Virus record (IMG/VR): IMGVR_UViG_3300042431_000063
Location: 1 to 32,358 of that record
Length of the DNA: 32,358 nucleotides
Source: a virus
Taxonomy: Duplodnaviria > Caudoviricetes
Strand: one strand, 5' to 3'
How positions within the stretch are numbered: position 1 is the first letter of the stretch; each line of letters opens with the position of its first letter. The position numbers were made by a program, and so were the translations under genes. Below, piece by piece: positions 6,839-16,459 of this stretch. The notes beneath the pieces were generated by a model. It made no database searches and was not told where the DNA came from. It saw only the letters and a program-made list of their open reading frames with translations.

Positions 6839-8979
6839 AAGGGATACTCCTGCGGGGCCTGATAGTTGTTGACGGTCTGCTCCCAGATGAGGGCGCCCGC
6901 ACCCTCGCCGTGGAACGTCACGGTAATGCGGTTCTCCACAAGCCACTTGTTCCACTGACCAAGATCCTGCATGGCAGCGACAAGTTCGCCGGTTGTCAGG
7001 AAGGAACGCTGATCGGCGCCCAGGTTCACGCGCATCAGTTGCTGCTTGATGGTATCCTTGTCGGTGTCTTCCGGGTAGAAGAAGTCGTAGCCGTAGAAGT
7101 GGAAGCGGCGGAAGCCCATCACGAAAGCCAGCATCGGAATGCGGGTTGCCGAGCAAGTGCCTCCCGCCACAACCATGCCCGTATCGAAGGACGGCGGCTT
7201 GGCAGACTGAGTGGCTTGGGTGTGGGCGTGCCAGCCAAAGAGTTGGGCGCCCTTTTCTTCGAGGACTTGGCGCACCGAGGGATGCGTCATGGTAGCGAAC
7301 AGGAATTTGTCTTCCGGGTCGGCTGCCGCAAAGAGTTCCGTGCGGATGACGCCGTGCGTGGACTTGCCATCGACCGGGCGCGGGTCCAGAATCACGGTCC
7401 AGTCAGGTGTGATGCCTGCGGCCTTTAGGATCGGGAAGGCATGCTTGACGGCGAAGACCGTGGCGCCGCCTGCCTGCTTGGCGCGGATTTCTTCGAGGAA
7501 GTTGGGAAGGGTCGGGCCTGCGCTGACGAACAGGGCAACGCCTTCGTGTGCTTGATAGGCGCCGATCCAAGTTGCAATGGCGGCAGCGTTATCTGCAATA
7601 TGCTGGAGTTGCTCGCCCTTGTCAACAGAATCGACCGGCTTTACTTGAATGCGGGTCTTGAGGTCGGGCATCGGGTAGCCGTCGCGCACAACTAGGCCGA
7701 ACGAGATGGTCTGCGTCAGGCCCGCGTAACCGTCACCGCTGGTGATGATCCGCTTCTGGCCGGGGATTTCCTTCATGACACGGCGCGGACCTTCCGGCGC
7801 ACCCTCTTCCTCGTTGACAATGACGTCATCGAAGACGATGAAGGGCGTGTGCTTCAGGCATTCGTAGTCCGACTTGGTCGTCTCGTAGGAGTGGCCACCG
7901 TCGATGTAGGCAAATGTAGCATCTGCTACAAGATCGGCGGAAGCGGGCAGCGTCTCTAGGGTGTTGCCCTTGACCAGCGAGAAGGCGAAGGTCAGGCCCT
8001 TGCGCGCCATGAGACGGCTGTAGTTGTTGAGTCGGTTGTGAACAATCCAAGAGTCGGCGTGCGGCTTGGTGTGGCCCTCATGGACGCGGTCGTTGCCGCC
8101 CTCGAAGGTGTCGAAGCCGACGTAAGATACGGTCTTGACGCCGGTAGCGAAGGCTGCCTCTGCCATCTGGATTGCGCGACTGCCGTTCCAAGTGCCGACC
8201 TCCACAATGCGGGCAGCGTTGGTTGCGGCGATGGAGGAAGTCAGCAGTTCGCATAGAGTCTCGTAGCGGGCAGGGGCGCCGAGGGCCGGGTTGGCAATGG
8301 TCTGCTTATCGGGTCCCTTGTAGTGGACCATGTAGGCGGCAAGCGGAGACTGGTGGAAGGCATCGAGGCCGAGGCAGCCCGGCGACAGGTTCTTAACTTG
8401 CAGGCCGTGCGCCTGGTGCAGCAGCGTGATGCGATCAAGGATTGCGTTGTCGTGGGCCTTCTTGTAGTGAAAGGCTTCCAACGAATTGTAGAGGCCCCAG
8501 TAGTCGGCCAGCAGGGAGGCGCCCTTGACGGTAGCCAGATTGAAGGCGAACCACGAACCTTCGCTTTCCTTGACGGTGCGCCGGTACAGGTAGGTCAGGT
8601 GGTACTTGTCGTCGAACAGTTCGCCCAGCAGGTCCTCGTTAACGGGCCGCATGGTCTCGGTGTCGGCATCGATGAAGCCGATCCAGTCGAGGTCGGGCGT
8701 CACGCTGGAGGCGAGGGCGACTGCCTTGAAGCAGTAGTCGAGGGACGGGCCATCCTTGGCTTGGGCGCCGATGTGGGCCTTGAGCTTCTGGAAGGACGGC
8801 GTATCTTCAAGGGCGCGGAAGGTGATGCCCGGAAAGCTGGGCACGTTGCCTTCGAGGTCGTGGTGCCAGATTTCGAGGGTGATGTCGGCAGGCCAGAACT
8901 TCTTGAAGGACTCTGCGAAGCGCAGACCGTACCGCTCCCATGAGTTAGGGCCGATTGTGGTGATGATCTTAGCGCGCAT
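6835..8979 (-). CDS. three-domain protein: GT-A glycosyltransferase + class I SAM methyltransferase + MptE-like/Maf (DUF115-like) domain
   Basis: FIDADT (DxD) and VHYKG; VEVGTWNG, GFDTF, YIDGGHSY, IVFDD; FVSAGPTL, ITPDWTVILDP, GGTCSA, GFRRFHFYGYDF. Start at MRAKII (8979) overlaps the upstream stop; the ORF track starts at 9018. Confidence 0.8.
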   Translation of the reverse strand: MRAKIITTIGPNSWERYGLRFAESFKKFWPADITLEIWHHDLEGNVPSFPGITFRALEDTPSFQKLKAHIGAQAKDGPSLDYCFKAVALASSVTPDLDWIGFIDADTETMRPVNEDLLGELFDDKYHLTYLYRRTVKESEGSWFAFNLATVKGASLLADYWGLYNSLEAFHYKKAHDNAILDRITLLHQAHGLQVKNLSPGCLGLDAFHQSPLAAYMVHYKGPDKQTIANPALGAPARYETLCELLTSSIAATNAARIVEVGTWNGSRAIQMAEAAFATGVKTVSYVGFDTFEGGNDRVHEGHTKPHADSWIVHNRLNNYSRLMARKGLTFAFSLVKGNTLETLPASADLVADATFAYIDGGHSYETTKSDYECLKHTPFIVFDDVIVNEEEGAPEGPRRVMKEIPGQKRIITSGDGYAGLTQTISFGLVVRDGYPMPDLKTRIQVKPVDSVDKGEQLQHIADNAAAIATWIGAYQAHEGVALFVSAGPTLPNFLEEIRAKQAGGATVFAVKHAFPILKAAGITPDWTVILDPRPVDGKSTHGVIRTELFAAADPEDKFLFATMTHPSVRQVLEEKGAQLFGWHAHTQATQSAKPPSFDTGMVVAGGTCSATRIPMLAFVMGFRRFHFYGYDFFYPEDTDKDTIKQQLMRVNLGADQRSFLTTGELVAAMQDLGQWNKWLVENRITVTFHGEGAGALIWEQTVNNYQAPQEYPF

Positions 8980-9739
8980 CGGCGTAGGCTCCGAGGAGTT
9001 CGTTCGTCCAGTATTCATCGAAGGGAGTTGTCTCGCGGTCTACCATGCCCGGCACGGGAGGACCGTAGGTGAAGTGGATTCCGTTGATGGGCAGGGGCCG
9101 GTGGGCGGCTTCAGCGGCAAGGCCGACTTCCGTGGTGGGGCTGTAGTTCGGGACCCAGTGCCACGACTCGGAGAGGTAGCCGATGTCGGAATCGTCCAGC
9201 CACTCGAAGCCATGTAGGTAGCTGCCGGGAGCGGAGTTCACCATCTCGAAGGTCGGCAGCTTCTTGGACTTGAGGTTCCACAGCATCAGGGCCGACCACA
9301 TCTTGCGGTGGTAGCGGGACTGCTTCTGCCCGTCCATCTTGACGGTGGTCGTCGGATTGAAATTGTGGGGCACGACCATGACCGTCTTCGAGGGGTCGGC
9401 TTCCTTGAGCAGCTTGTGGATGTCGTCGAGCCACAGCCAGTCGCAGTCCGTAAACAACGCCCAATCGGTCACGCCATCAGACTGTGCGACGATGGGAGTC
9501 AGGAAGCGGGAGTGGGAGAACTGAACACTGAACGGCCTGCCGTCTCGTTCGTCGAGGTAGGAGCCGTCTTCGCAGATGCGCCACGGTCGGTCGAAGAACT
9601 GACGACGCCGCAGGTCCAGATGTTCGAGGTGCCTGATTGTCAGCGGCTTGCTGGCGTAGGCACGGGCCGAGGATTCGGTGACGCGCAGAGCCTCCGGTTC
9701 ACGGTGGTCCACGCCGATGTAATAGGCGAAGTTTGTCAT
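8969..9739 (-). CDS. GT-A fold glycosyltransferase (GT8-like)
   Basis: YIGVDHRE, FSHSRFLTP, ALFTDCDWL (DxD), RKMWSALMLWN, IHFTYGPP. Confidence 0.85.
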   Translation of the reverse strand: MTNFAYYIGVDHREPEALRVTESSARAYASKPLTIRHLEHLDLRRRQFFDRPWRICEDGSYLDERDGRPFSVQFSHSRFLTPIVAQSDGVTDWALFTDCDWLWLDDIHKLLKEADPSKTVMVVPHNFNPTTTVKMDGQKQSRYHRKMWSALMLWNLKSKKLPTFEMVNSAPGSYLHGFEWLDDSDIGYLSESWHWVPNYSPTTEVGLAAEAAHRPLPINGIHFTYGPPVPGMVDRETTPFDEYWTNELLGAYADAR

Positions 9740-9746
9740 GGGGCGT

Positions 9747-9775
9747 AGGATACTATTCCGCCCCGCCACTGTCAA
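9747..9775 (-). promoter_or_regulatory. sigma70-type promoter for the glycosyltransferase pair, probably leaderless
   Basis: Minus strand TTGACA (9775-9770), 17-nt spacer, TATCCT (9752-9747), then 7 nt to ATG 9739 with no Shine-Dalgarno. Confidence 0.7.
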
Positions 9776-9788
9776 CAACTAAGTTAGG

Positions 9789-12700
9789 CTATTGCCTGTC
9801 GCGCCAGCGCATCTCTTCGATGATGGGAGGCAGGGCCGGGCGAGCTTGGCGGCGCGTCTCTTCGATGAGGACACGCGGGTCAGAGCGGCCCAGCAAGTCT
9901 TGCCGCGCACGATCCATTGCCGCATCCATGTTGGGGCGGACTTGCAGATGGGGCGGCTTGCCTGCCTGCTCAATAGCAATCTCTTGGCGGCGACGCTGGA
10001 GAGCTTCGACTTGACGAGCGTGTTCGGCCATGTCACCCCGGCGCTGGGCTTCGAGGGCACGCAAATAAATGCGGGACAATTCCATCGTAATGGACTTGCT
10101 GGCATCGTCGGTGGCTTTGTCGATGACTTGGGCGCGGCGCCACAGTTCACGCTCGTTAGCAAGTTCGGGCGCCGGGAAGCCGAGAGCCTGACGAACGGAA
10201 GCGGGCACATTTAGGCGGCTGTCGACACGCTCAAGAAGTTCAGGCGTAATGAAGCGGGTGCCTGCGCGTGTGAATTGCTCCTCGTCTACGGCAAGCTGAC
10301 CGCCTTTGATGGCGTTGCCGACTACGCGGGGCGTGAGCGGGAAAGAGGCGGCAGCCTCCCAGTATTCACCGCGCTTCCAATGGTTGAAGGTGCGGGGGAT
10401 GCGGTCAATGAGGTCGCCGGTTGGGCCAATAAGCGCGAGGGTGCTGAAGCTGAACAGGGTGTCGGACGGAATAGGTTCGACGGCAATACGCTTCGACAGG
10501 TTGGCCCAGTTGGAAGCGGAAGGCAAACCGAAGTTGGCTGCCTCGCCAAGGCGCCCGCCGCCCATTGCCCGGTCCAGTTCTAGGCGCAGATCAAGAGGAT
10601 TATCAAAGACACTCTTGAGTAGACGCTCAAGCAGTTCCCGGCTAAGGTCAGCGAAGGGAAGTGCCCAGATGCCACCCAGCAAAACGAGGGGACCAAGCGA
10701 TCCGAACAGAGAGACAGCACCCATGCGCGCCATCGTTGGGTCGGTAGCGGCAATGCCCTTCAGGGTCTTGGTCGCATCGCGGAGGATGGTCTCGGTGAAC
10801 TTGAAGACCGGACGCATGAACTGCGTGGCAAGGTTCATGATGGGGAAGTCGCGGATGAAACCGGGATCGTCCATCTTGGAACCGGCATACCATGTGTCGA
10901 AGACGACGCCTTGCGCGTAGTCCTCGGCGGTCTTGTAGTTGGTGTTATCGTAACGGTTCGCGGCCTCGATGACGGCGGGGTTGTCACGCGCCAAGCGGTA
11001 GGCGGCCATGAAGGTGGCAGTGCGCCCGTACTCTTCGATGGCGGCAAGAGGGCGCCCAGCCAAATCGACAACCTTGTTGATGCCGTTGGCAAACTTGACG
11101 GCGTCCTTGTCAACGATGCCGGCGGCGCGCAGGTCGGCTGCCGACACAGAACCCTGTGCTTGGAAGGCGGTGCTGGGACGCAGGACGCCGCGCTGAATGG
11201 CACGCTTGAGAGCTTGAACTTCGTCACGGCGACCCGGCTTATCAGCGATTGTCTTTGCGTAAGCTTGGTCAGACTTTAGAACACTGAGGATAGCCTTGTC
11301 GAAAAGAGAATCGTTCAGGGCCTTCGTCAGATACTGAGTGCCCTGCGCGACACCAGCATCACGACCGAAGCGCGGAGCTACGGCTGTGGGAATTTGTAGC
11401 GCACTGACTGCTGCGGTGTCAAGAGCGCCGCCCAGATACTGGAAGAAGGTGAAGGCGCGGGCCGTGCTATAGGCTTCAGACGGCGAGGTCGCGTAGTCGA
11501 GGACTTCTTGGAAGCGTTCGCGGTTCTCGGGACGCAGCGGCTTGAGAGCCAAGTCGAAGTCGGGCTTAGTGAGGAGGCGCGCGTTGAGGCGACCAGCCGT
11601 CAGATAGTATGAGGGCAGATAGCTGCTGGCGTACTCGACGGCGTTCTCAGGAGTGACGGCTCGCAGGATACCCTTGTAAGGCTTGAACAAGGAGTCCATA
11701 GTAGCCTTGTCGATTTCGGCACCCATCTGGTCGAGGACGCGCTTGCCCTCCTTGCCGCTGACATCGCGCAGGCGGTCAAGGTATTTGTTGATGAAGTCGG
11801 CGTTGTCCTTGAGGCTCTTGGCGCGCTCGTTGTATTCGAAGCGCATGCCAGATGTCATCACGCGGTGGGTGCTGCTATTCGGGAACTCTGCGCGCAACTT
11901 ACGGATTGCTACCGCTTCCGGGTCCTCAAAGCCGCGACGCTTCTGAAGGGCGTTCAGCGGGGTATAGGCGTAGAGGCCAATAGGTTCTTTCTTGCCAGCT
12001 TCATAGGCCGCAACAAAGTGGGTGCCTTGCGTGCGCTGCGGGAAATAAAAGGGGTCGCGGGCAGCCTTGTACTTGCGGACCAGCTTGGCACCTTCCGGCG
12101 AAGCAGCTTCGAGCGCAGCATCGGGAATGTTGCTAAGGAACTGTCCGGTGTGCTGATCTTGGAAGGCTTGCAGGCGGGCGCGGTCGGCGTCGTTCTTGGC
12201 AAGGGCAGGATCAAAGTACTTGCGAGAGACGCCGTCGATGGCTGCGTCGTAGATGAAATTCATGTGTGCGCGGAAGGCGCGGATTGCACCCATCTCTTCG
12301 GGCGTGTAGTCTGCCTCGTTAACTTCTTGGCGGGTGCGGCGCGCCCTGTCGAGGCCCAGCATTACCTTCTGCTTGGAGGCATCGCTGAGATCGTGTATCG
12401 ACTTGTGTGCGGCAGCAGCCCTGTCCTTATAGAAGTTCTCGACAGCAGTAAACTTCATAAAGGCTGTACGCACCGGGGCGAAGTTGCGCGACAGCTTGGT
12501 TATGGTTAGGATGGGCGACGCGAAGAAGTTCATCACGGAGCCGATGATGGGCTCGTTGATGGGATCGTTGGTCTGCTTCTTCTCGGCTTCCGTCATTTGG
12601 GGCGGCGGCCCCGGAGGAGTAGGCGGCGGAGGCGCAGCAGTAGCAGGACGGGCAGCGCGAATGTCGTTGACGGTCTGCTGCACATTCTCTGGCGTGGTCT

Positions 12701-14642
12701 CGCGTCGGACGCCATCCACCTCGACAATCGTGCGCGCAGCAGGCTGGGCCGGGGCTGTCCTCGTTGCAGGAGGGACTGTCGGCGGGGGATTCGCAGTCTG
12801 CCACGTTCTGATTGCAGCCGTCCGCTTTTCCTGTACTTCCGCTACGCCCGGCAAAGGAGCGCCAGCGTCACGGTTGGCTTCTGTTATCAGCAGGTTGCGT
12901 TCTTCTTGAGTTAGCGCGGCGTCTCCAGCGGCATTGCTGCGTGCTTCCCATTCTGCATAGGCGGCTTGCGGGGCAGCCTGTGCTGGCGCAGCTTCCGGGA
13001 TCGGCGCCCCTTGGGTGGCCGGGGGAACGGCGCCAGTTGCGGGAGCGGCTGTGGGCGTGGGTGCCGCTGTTGGTGCAGGCTGCGCCGGGGCAGGGGTGCG
13101 GTAGTTGATGGAGTAGGAAGTCTCACGCCGTACCTTCTTGCCCTTCTTGTTGGTGGATTCCGTGACGTTGCGGCGCAGCACACCAGCTTGTACAAGTGCG
13201 TCGAGTTGGTCGGTAGCCGCCTTGACTTCGGCAGGGGCAATCCGGCCAGCCTCGATGTCGCGCGAAGAAAGGGCCGCTTGGGCAACGGCGTTAGGCGTGA
13301 ACGAGGTGAGCTTCAGTTCGCCCCGGTTCGCCGCTTCCGCAATGTTGCTAAGAGACTCCGACACTGCAACTTGGTTGGTGTCAGGGGTACGCGGGAAGAA
13401 CTCAGTGATGGCTTGCTGGCGGGTCTGCTGGACAGACTGGTTCCAGTTGGTTACACGGGCGTCGTTAGCAAACCCGATGATGGCTTGCGGCGTGGACAGA
13501 GCAACCGGAGGTGTGAACTGCGGATTGGCGGCAATGAAGGCTTCGGCTTCTTCGCGGGTCGTAAAGGGCTCGGGCCGGTCAGGGATAGGAAGGGGAGCCG
13601 GGCGCGGAGGGCCAGCCTCAACAGGCGTAGGGGCGGGAGCCGGTTGCTGGGCGCCTTCGATGGGGGTTTCGCCGGGCAGCGTGCCCTGCCGCAGGGTTTC
13701 GAGGGCAGCAGCTTCCTGCTCGGCGGTGGGGGCAGTTGCGCCGGGAGCCGGGCCAGCACGACCGATAGCGCGGACGCCAGCACCGACACCGCCGCCTGCA
13801 ATGCCGCCCACGATACCGGATTCGAGAACACGTTCTGCACGTTCGGCCAGATCAAGGTCACCGGTTGCGGTAGCGATGACACCTTGGCGTGCTGTTTCGC
13901 CCAGCATTTCGCCGCCCGCACCGAGGGCCGCAGTCTGCCGGACTCCGCCAGCACGACCGCCGATGACGCGCGAAGCAATGCGATCCACGACAGCATCGCT
14001 GACTTGGTTGCCCATGATCCGCTTAATAACGGGACCGAGGGCTGCCGCTTCGCCTGCGCCAATAGCGGCGCCAGCAGTAGTGGCAATTATGCCAGCCTGC
14101 TGCGGAGGGATGCCTTCTGCGATAAGGCCCTGATACAGTTCATCGACGCTGCCGAGGATGGAGCCGCCGAATAGAGCAACGCCAGCACCGGTTGCCGCGC
14201 CCGGTTTACCGCCTCGCGCAGCGCCTATAAGAGCGCCAGTGCCGATAGTTGCCGCGCCGCCGAGAACAGCACCGGCAGCTTGACCTGCGTATGCAGACAA
14301 GGCATCAATGGGGTTACGGAGGAAGTCACCGGGTTCAGGGGCGCGGGTGCCGGGCCGGGTATCGCCGGGGGCTACAAACTCGCGAGCAGCACCGAGACCG
14401 GCAGTGATGCTTTCGGGGGCACCGACAGCGGCAGCGCCAGCTTGGAGGGCACCGGGAACTGCGCCGAACTGACCACGGAACTGCTGGCCGAAGCTTTCGC
14501 CAAAGCCTTCAATGGGCATCTCGCGGCGGAGGCGATCCCACTGTGTGTCCATGAAAGCGCGTGCAGCTTCTTCGGAGGGGGCGCCCTCCACCCGAATAAT
14601 GCGCTTGTCGGGAAGTTCGAAATCGAAGATGCCGTTCGCCAT
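9789..14642 (-). CDS. large internal virion / DNA ejection protein (1617 aa)
   Basis: Largest and last gene of the post-tail block, as for podovirus ejection proteins; Gly/Ala-rich hydrophobic N-terminal region, Pro-rich linkers, helical C-terminal half; function inferred from position. Confidence 0.65.
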   Translation of the reverse strand: MANGIFDFELPDKRIIRVEGAPSEEAARAFMDTQWDRLRREMPIEGFGESFGQQFRGQFGAVPGALQAGAAAVGAPESITAGLGAAREFVAPGDTRPGTRAPEPGDFLRNPIDALSAYAGQAAGAVLGGAATIGTGALIGAARGGKPGAATGAGVALFGGSILGSVDELYQGLIAEGIPPQQAGIIATTAGAAIGAGEAAALGPVIKRIMGNQVSDAVVDRIASRVIGGRAGGVRQTAALGAGGEMLGETARQGVIATATGDLDLAERAERVLESGIVGGIAGGGVGAGVRAIGRAGPAPGATAPTAEQEAAALETLRQGTLPGETPIEGAQQPAPAPTPVEAGPPRPAPLPIPDRPEPFTTREEAEAFIAANPQFTPPVALSTPQAIIGFANDARVTNWNQSVQQTRQQAITEFFPRTPDTNQVAVSESLSNIAEAANRGELKLTSFTPNAVAQAALSSRDIEAGRIAPAEVKAATDQLDALVQAGVLRRNVTESTNKKGKKVRRETSYSINYRTPAPAQPAPTAAPTPTAAPATGAVPPATQGAPIPEAAPAQAAPQAAYAEWEARSNAAGDAALTQEERNLLITEANRDAGAPLPGVAEVQEKRTAAIRTWQTANPPPTVPPATRTAPAQPAARTIVEVDGVRRETTPENVQQTVNDIRAARPATAAPPPPTPPGPPPQMTEAEKKQTNDPINEPIIGSVMNFFASPILTITKLSRNFAPVRTAFMKFTAVENFYKDRAAAAHKSIHDLSDASKQKVMLGLDRARRTRQEVNEADYTPEEMGAIRAFRAHMNFIYDAAIDGVSRKYFDPALAKNDADRARLQAFQDQHTGQFLSNIPDAALEAASPEGAKLVRKYKAARDPFYFPQRTQGTHFVAAYEAGKKEPIGLYAYTPLNALQKRRGFEDPEAVAIRKLRAEFPNSSTHRVMTSGMRFEYNERAKSLKDNADFINKYLDRLRDVSGKEGKRVLDQMGAEIDKATMDSLFKPYKGILRAVTPENAVEYASSYLPSYYLTAGRLNARLLTKPDFDLALKPLRPENRERFQEVLDYATSPSEAYSTARAFTFFQYLGGALDTAAVSALQIPTAVAPRFGRDAGVAQGTQYLTKALNDSLFDKAILSVLKSDQAYAKTIADKPGRRDEVQALKRAIQRGVLRPSTAFQAQGSVSAADLRAAGIVDKDAVKFANGINKVVDLAGRPLAAIEEYGRTATFMAAYRLARDNPAVIEAANRYDNTNYKTAEDYAQGVVFDTWYAGSKMDDPGFIRDFPIMNLATQFMRPVFKFTETILRDATKTLKGIAATDPTMARMGAVSLFGSLGPLVLLGGIWALPFADLSRELLERLLKSVFDNPLDLRLELDRAMGGGRLGEAANFGLPSASNWANLSKRIAVEPIPSDTLFSFSTLALIGPTGDLIDRIPRTFNHWKRGEYWEAAASFPLTPRVVGNAIKGGQLAVDEEQFTRAGTRFITPELLERVDSRLNVPASVRQALGFPAPELANERELWRRAQVIDKATDDASKSITMELSRIYLRALEAQRRGDMAEHARQVEALQRRRQEIAIEQAGKPPHLQVRPNMDAAMDRARQDLLGRSDPRVLIEETRRQARPALPPIIEEMRWRDRQ

Positions 14643-14645
14643 AAA

Positions 14646-15431
14646 TTACTGCGGGGCCTGCTGCGTAGGTTGCGCCGAAATGCGAGGACCAGTACGCGGT
14701 GCAGCCGGTGCAGCGGGGCCGCCATATTGCAGTACTTGGCTTGGCGCAGGGCCGCCGCCTGTCGTAGTACCGGCAGAGCCGGTTCCCGCGCCGCCACCTT
14801 GAAAGTCCAGCAGCCCGGCAGCGGCCGCGTCCAGCCTGTCGCGGAAATAGCGATCTGCAAGTTCATCGCGGCGAGTGATTTGTGCCGGGGTTGGAGCAAC
14901 ACCCTCGATGATGCCTGCATCAGCACTGGCTAGGCGCGTGACCTGCTGTCGAATGTTAGCAATTTGCGCTTGAGAGAGGGGGCGCGGCGCATTGCGTAGT
15001 TCCTGCATGGGGCGGAAAGGTGTGCGAGAAACCACCTGCCCGGTCTCGGCGTTGACAAGAACTGCGTTGCGCGTCTCAGGGTCAATCATCGTTACGATGT
15101 TAGGACGCCGCCCCGTAGCAATATCGGCGTTGATGCGACGTTCTTCGTTAAGGCGGCGCAGACGTTCGTTTTCGAGTTGCTGGTTGCGGAACTGTTCTTC
15201 GGCCTGCTGGGCGCGGGCTTGGCGTTCGGCTTCTGCGACACGGCGCAATTCGTCCATGCGGGTACGGTCGCCTTCAGCCTGGGCGCGAGCGCCACCGCCA
15301 AGCATGGTGAAGAAGTTGGGGCTGCGGGTGGCAGCCATGCCCGCGCCAAATTCGGAAAACCGTTGCAGCGCCTCATTCTGCATGTTAGAGGCAACGCGAT
15401 TGCGAAGTATGTCGAGGAAAGATTCGGACAT
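14646..15431 (-). CDS. putative internal virion / ejection protein (261 aa)
   Basis: EFGAGMAA segment followed by Gln/Arg/Glu coiled coil; lies between other ejection-type genes. Confidence 0.55.
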   Translation of the reverse strand: MSESFLDILRNRVASNMQNEALQRFSEFGAGMAATRSPNFFTMLGGGARAQAEGDRTRMDELRRVAEAERQARAQQAEEQFRNQQLENERLRRLNEERRINADIATGRRPNIVTMIDPETRNAVLVNAETGQVVSRTPFRPMQELRNAPRPLSQAQIANIRQQVTRLASADAGIIEGVAPTPAQITRRDELADRYFRDRLDAAAAGLLDFQGGGAGTGSAGTTTGGGPAPSQVLQYGGPAAPAAPRTGPRISAQPTQQAPQ

Positions 15432-15448
15432 GGCTGGGGTCGTGCCCT

Positions 15449-16459
15449 TTAATTGTTACCGGGAGACAAGTTAACAAGGCCCCCGCGCGCGAACATGCCC
15501 TCACTCACACCGGCAGTGCCGCCCAGGCCCCGGAGGAAATTCAAAACAGCCGTCCCGCCTTGGATGACTTGAGGGGCTTGGGAGATGCCGGTGATGATAG
15601 AACCCGCGACATTGGGGCTGGGTGCGACGGAAGTGCCGGCAGTGCCGATGCCGAGGGTATTGGGCGTCAGGCCAAGTGCCCCGCGAAGGACGTCAATACC
15701 GCGCGTAGGAAAGTCACGTTCTTCAAGGAAGGCTTCGCGCAGGACGTCGAGGTTGCGCTGATTGAGACCCTGCTGCGCGGCACCGATATTGATAAGGGGC
15801 TGCGCTTCGGTGGCAAGGCGACCGCCGGTTTGCGAGAGGCCGGTGCCAAGTTGGCCGAGGGCCGTGGAGAAGAGGCCGGGGATGCGCGTCTGGTCTTCGC
15901 GGAACTGCTGGATTGCTTGGTTGAAGGCGGCAGCGCGCTGCCGGGCAGTCTCTTCGCCGATGGTACGCTGGGTACCACGCTCAAGTTCGGACTCGGCAAT
16001 GGCCTGACGAGAACCGCCGAATGCGCCTGCTCGGGCGGACTGCTGGCCAAGGCGCAGACGTCCTTGTGCGGCACGTTCTTCGATAGCACGGATGGCAGGG
16101 TCAAGGACCGCCTCCGTGTAGGGCGACATGTAGCCGGAAAGATCAACGTCCGGTAGCGCACGGGCCATTCCCCGAGAAGCGGCAATACCGGCCTGCGTAA
16201 GTTCGGGGGTCAGGGCGCCGAGGGCACCGGACTGCGCTGCAAGATTGCGGGTCGTTTGGAAGCCGGCCTGCTGGTCGGGGGTGAAACCTGCAACGCGCGG
16301 CTGGTTGTATTGAGGGAAAGGCTCGGCGGCGAAGGCGCGGGCACGCGACAGAAGATCCGTGCGTGCGGCAGCAACATCGGCCGGGACTTGCGGCGTCGAA
16401 GTTGTCGTGGCAGTGTTAGCGGAACGCGAAGTCCCGAAGATATCGCCTAGGATGCTCAT
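15449..16459 (-). CDS. putative DNA transfer / pilot (ejection) protein (336 aa)
   Basis: VAGFTPDQQAGF, YMSPYTEAV, AGAFGGSRQAIAE; Gln/Ala/Gly-rich helical composition; ends in MFARGGLV. Confidence 0.65.
   Translation of the reverse strand: MSILGDIFGTSRSANTATTTSTPQVPADVAAARTDLLSRARAFAAEPFPQYNQPRVAGFTPDQQAGFQTTRNLAAQSGALGALTPELTQAGIAASRGMARALPDVDLSGYMSPYTEAVLDPAIRAIEERAAQGRLRLGQQSARAGAFGGSRQAIAESELERGTQRTIGEETARQRAAAFNQAIQQFREDQTRIPGLFSTALGQLGTGLSQTGGRLATEAQPLINIGAAQQGLNQRNLDVLREAFLEERDFPTRGIDVLRGALGLTPNTLGIGTAGTSVAPSPNVAGSIITGISQAPQVIQGGTAVLNFLRGLGGTAGVSEGMFARGGLVNLSPGNN

Noticed and set aside
9789-14642. Virion RNA polymerase (N4- or crAss-like)
   Set aside because: No DxDGD-type or T7-like polymerase motifs recognised, and it is much shorter than N4 vRNAP
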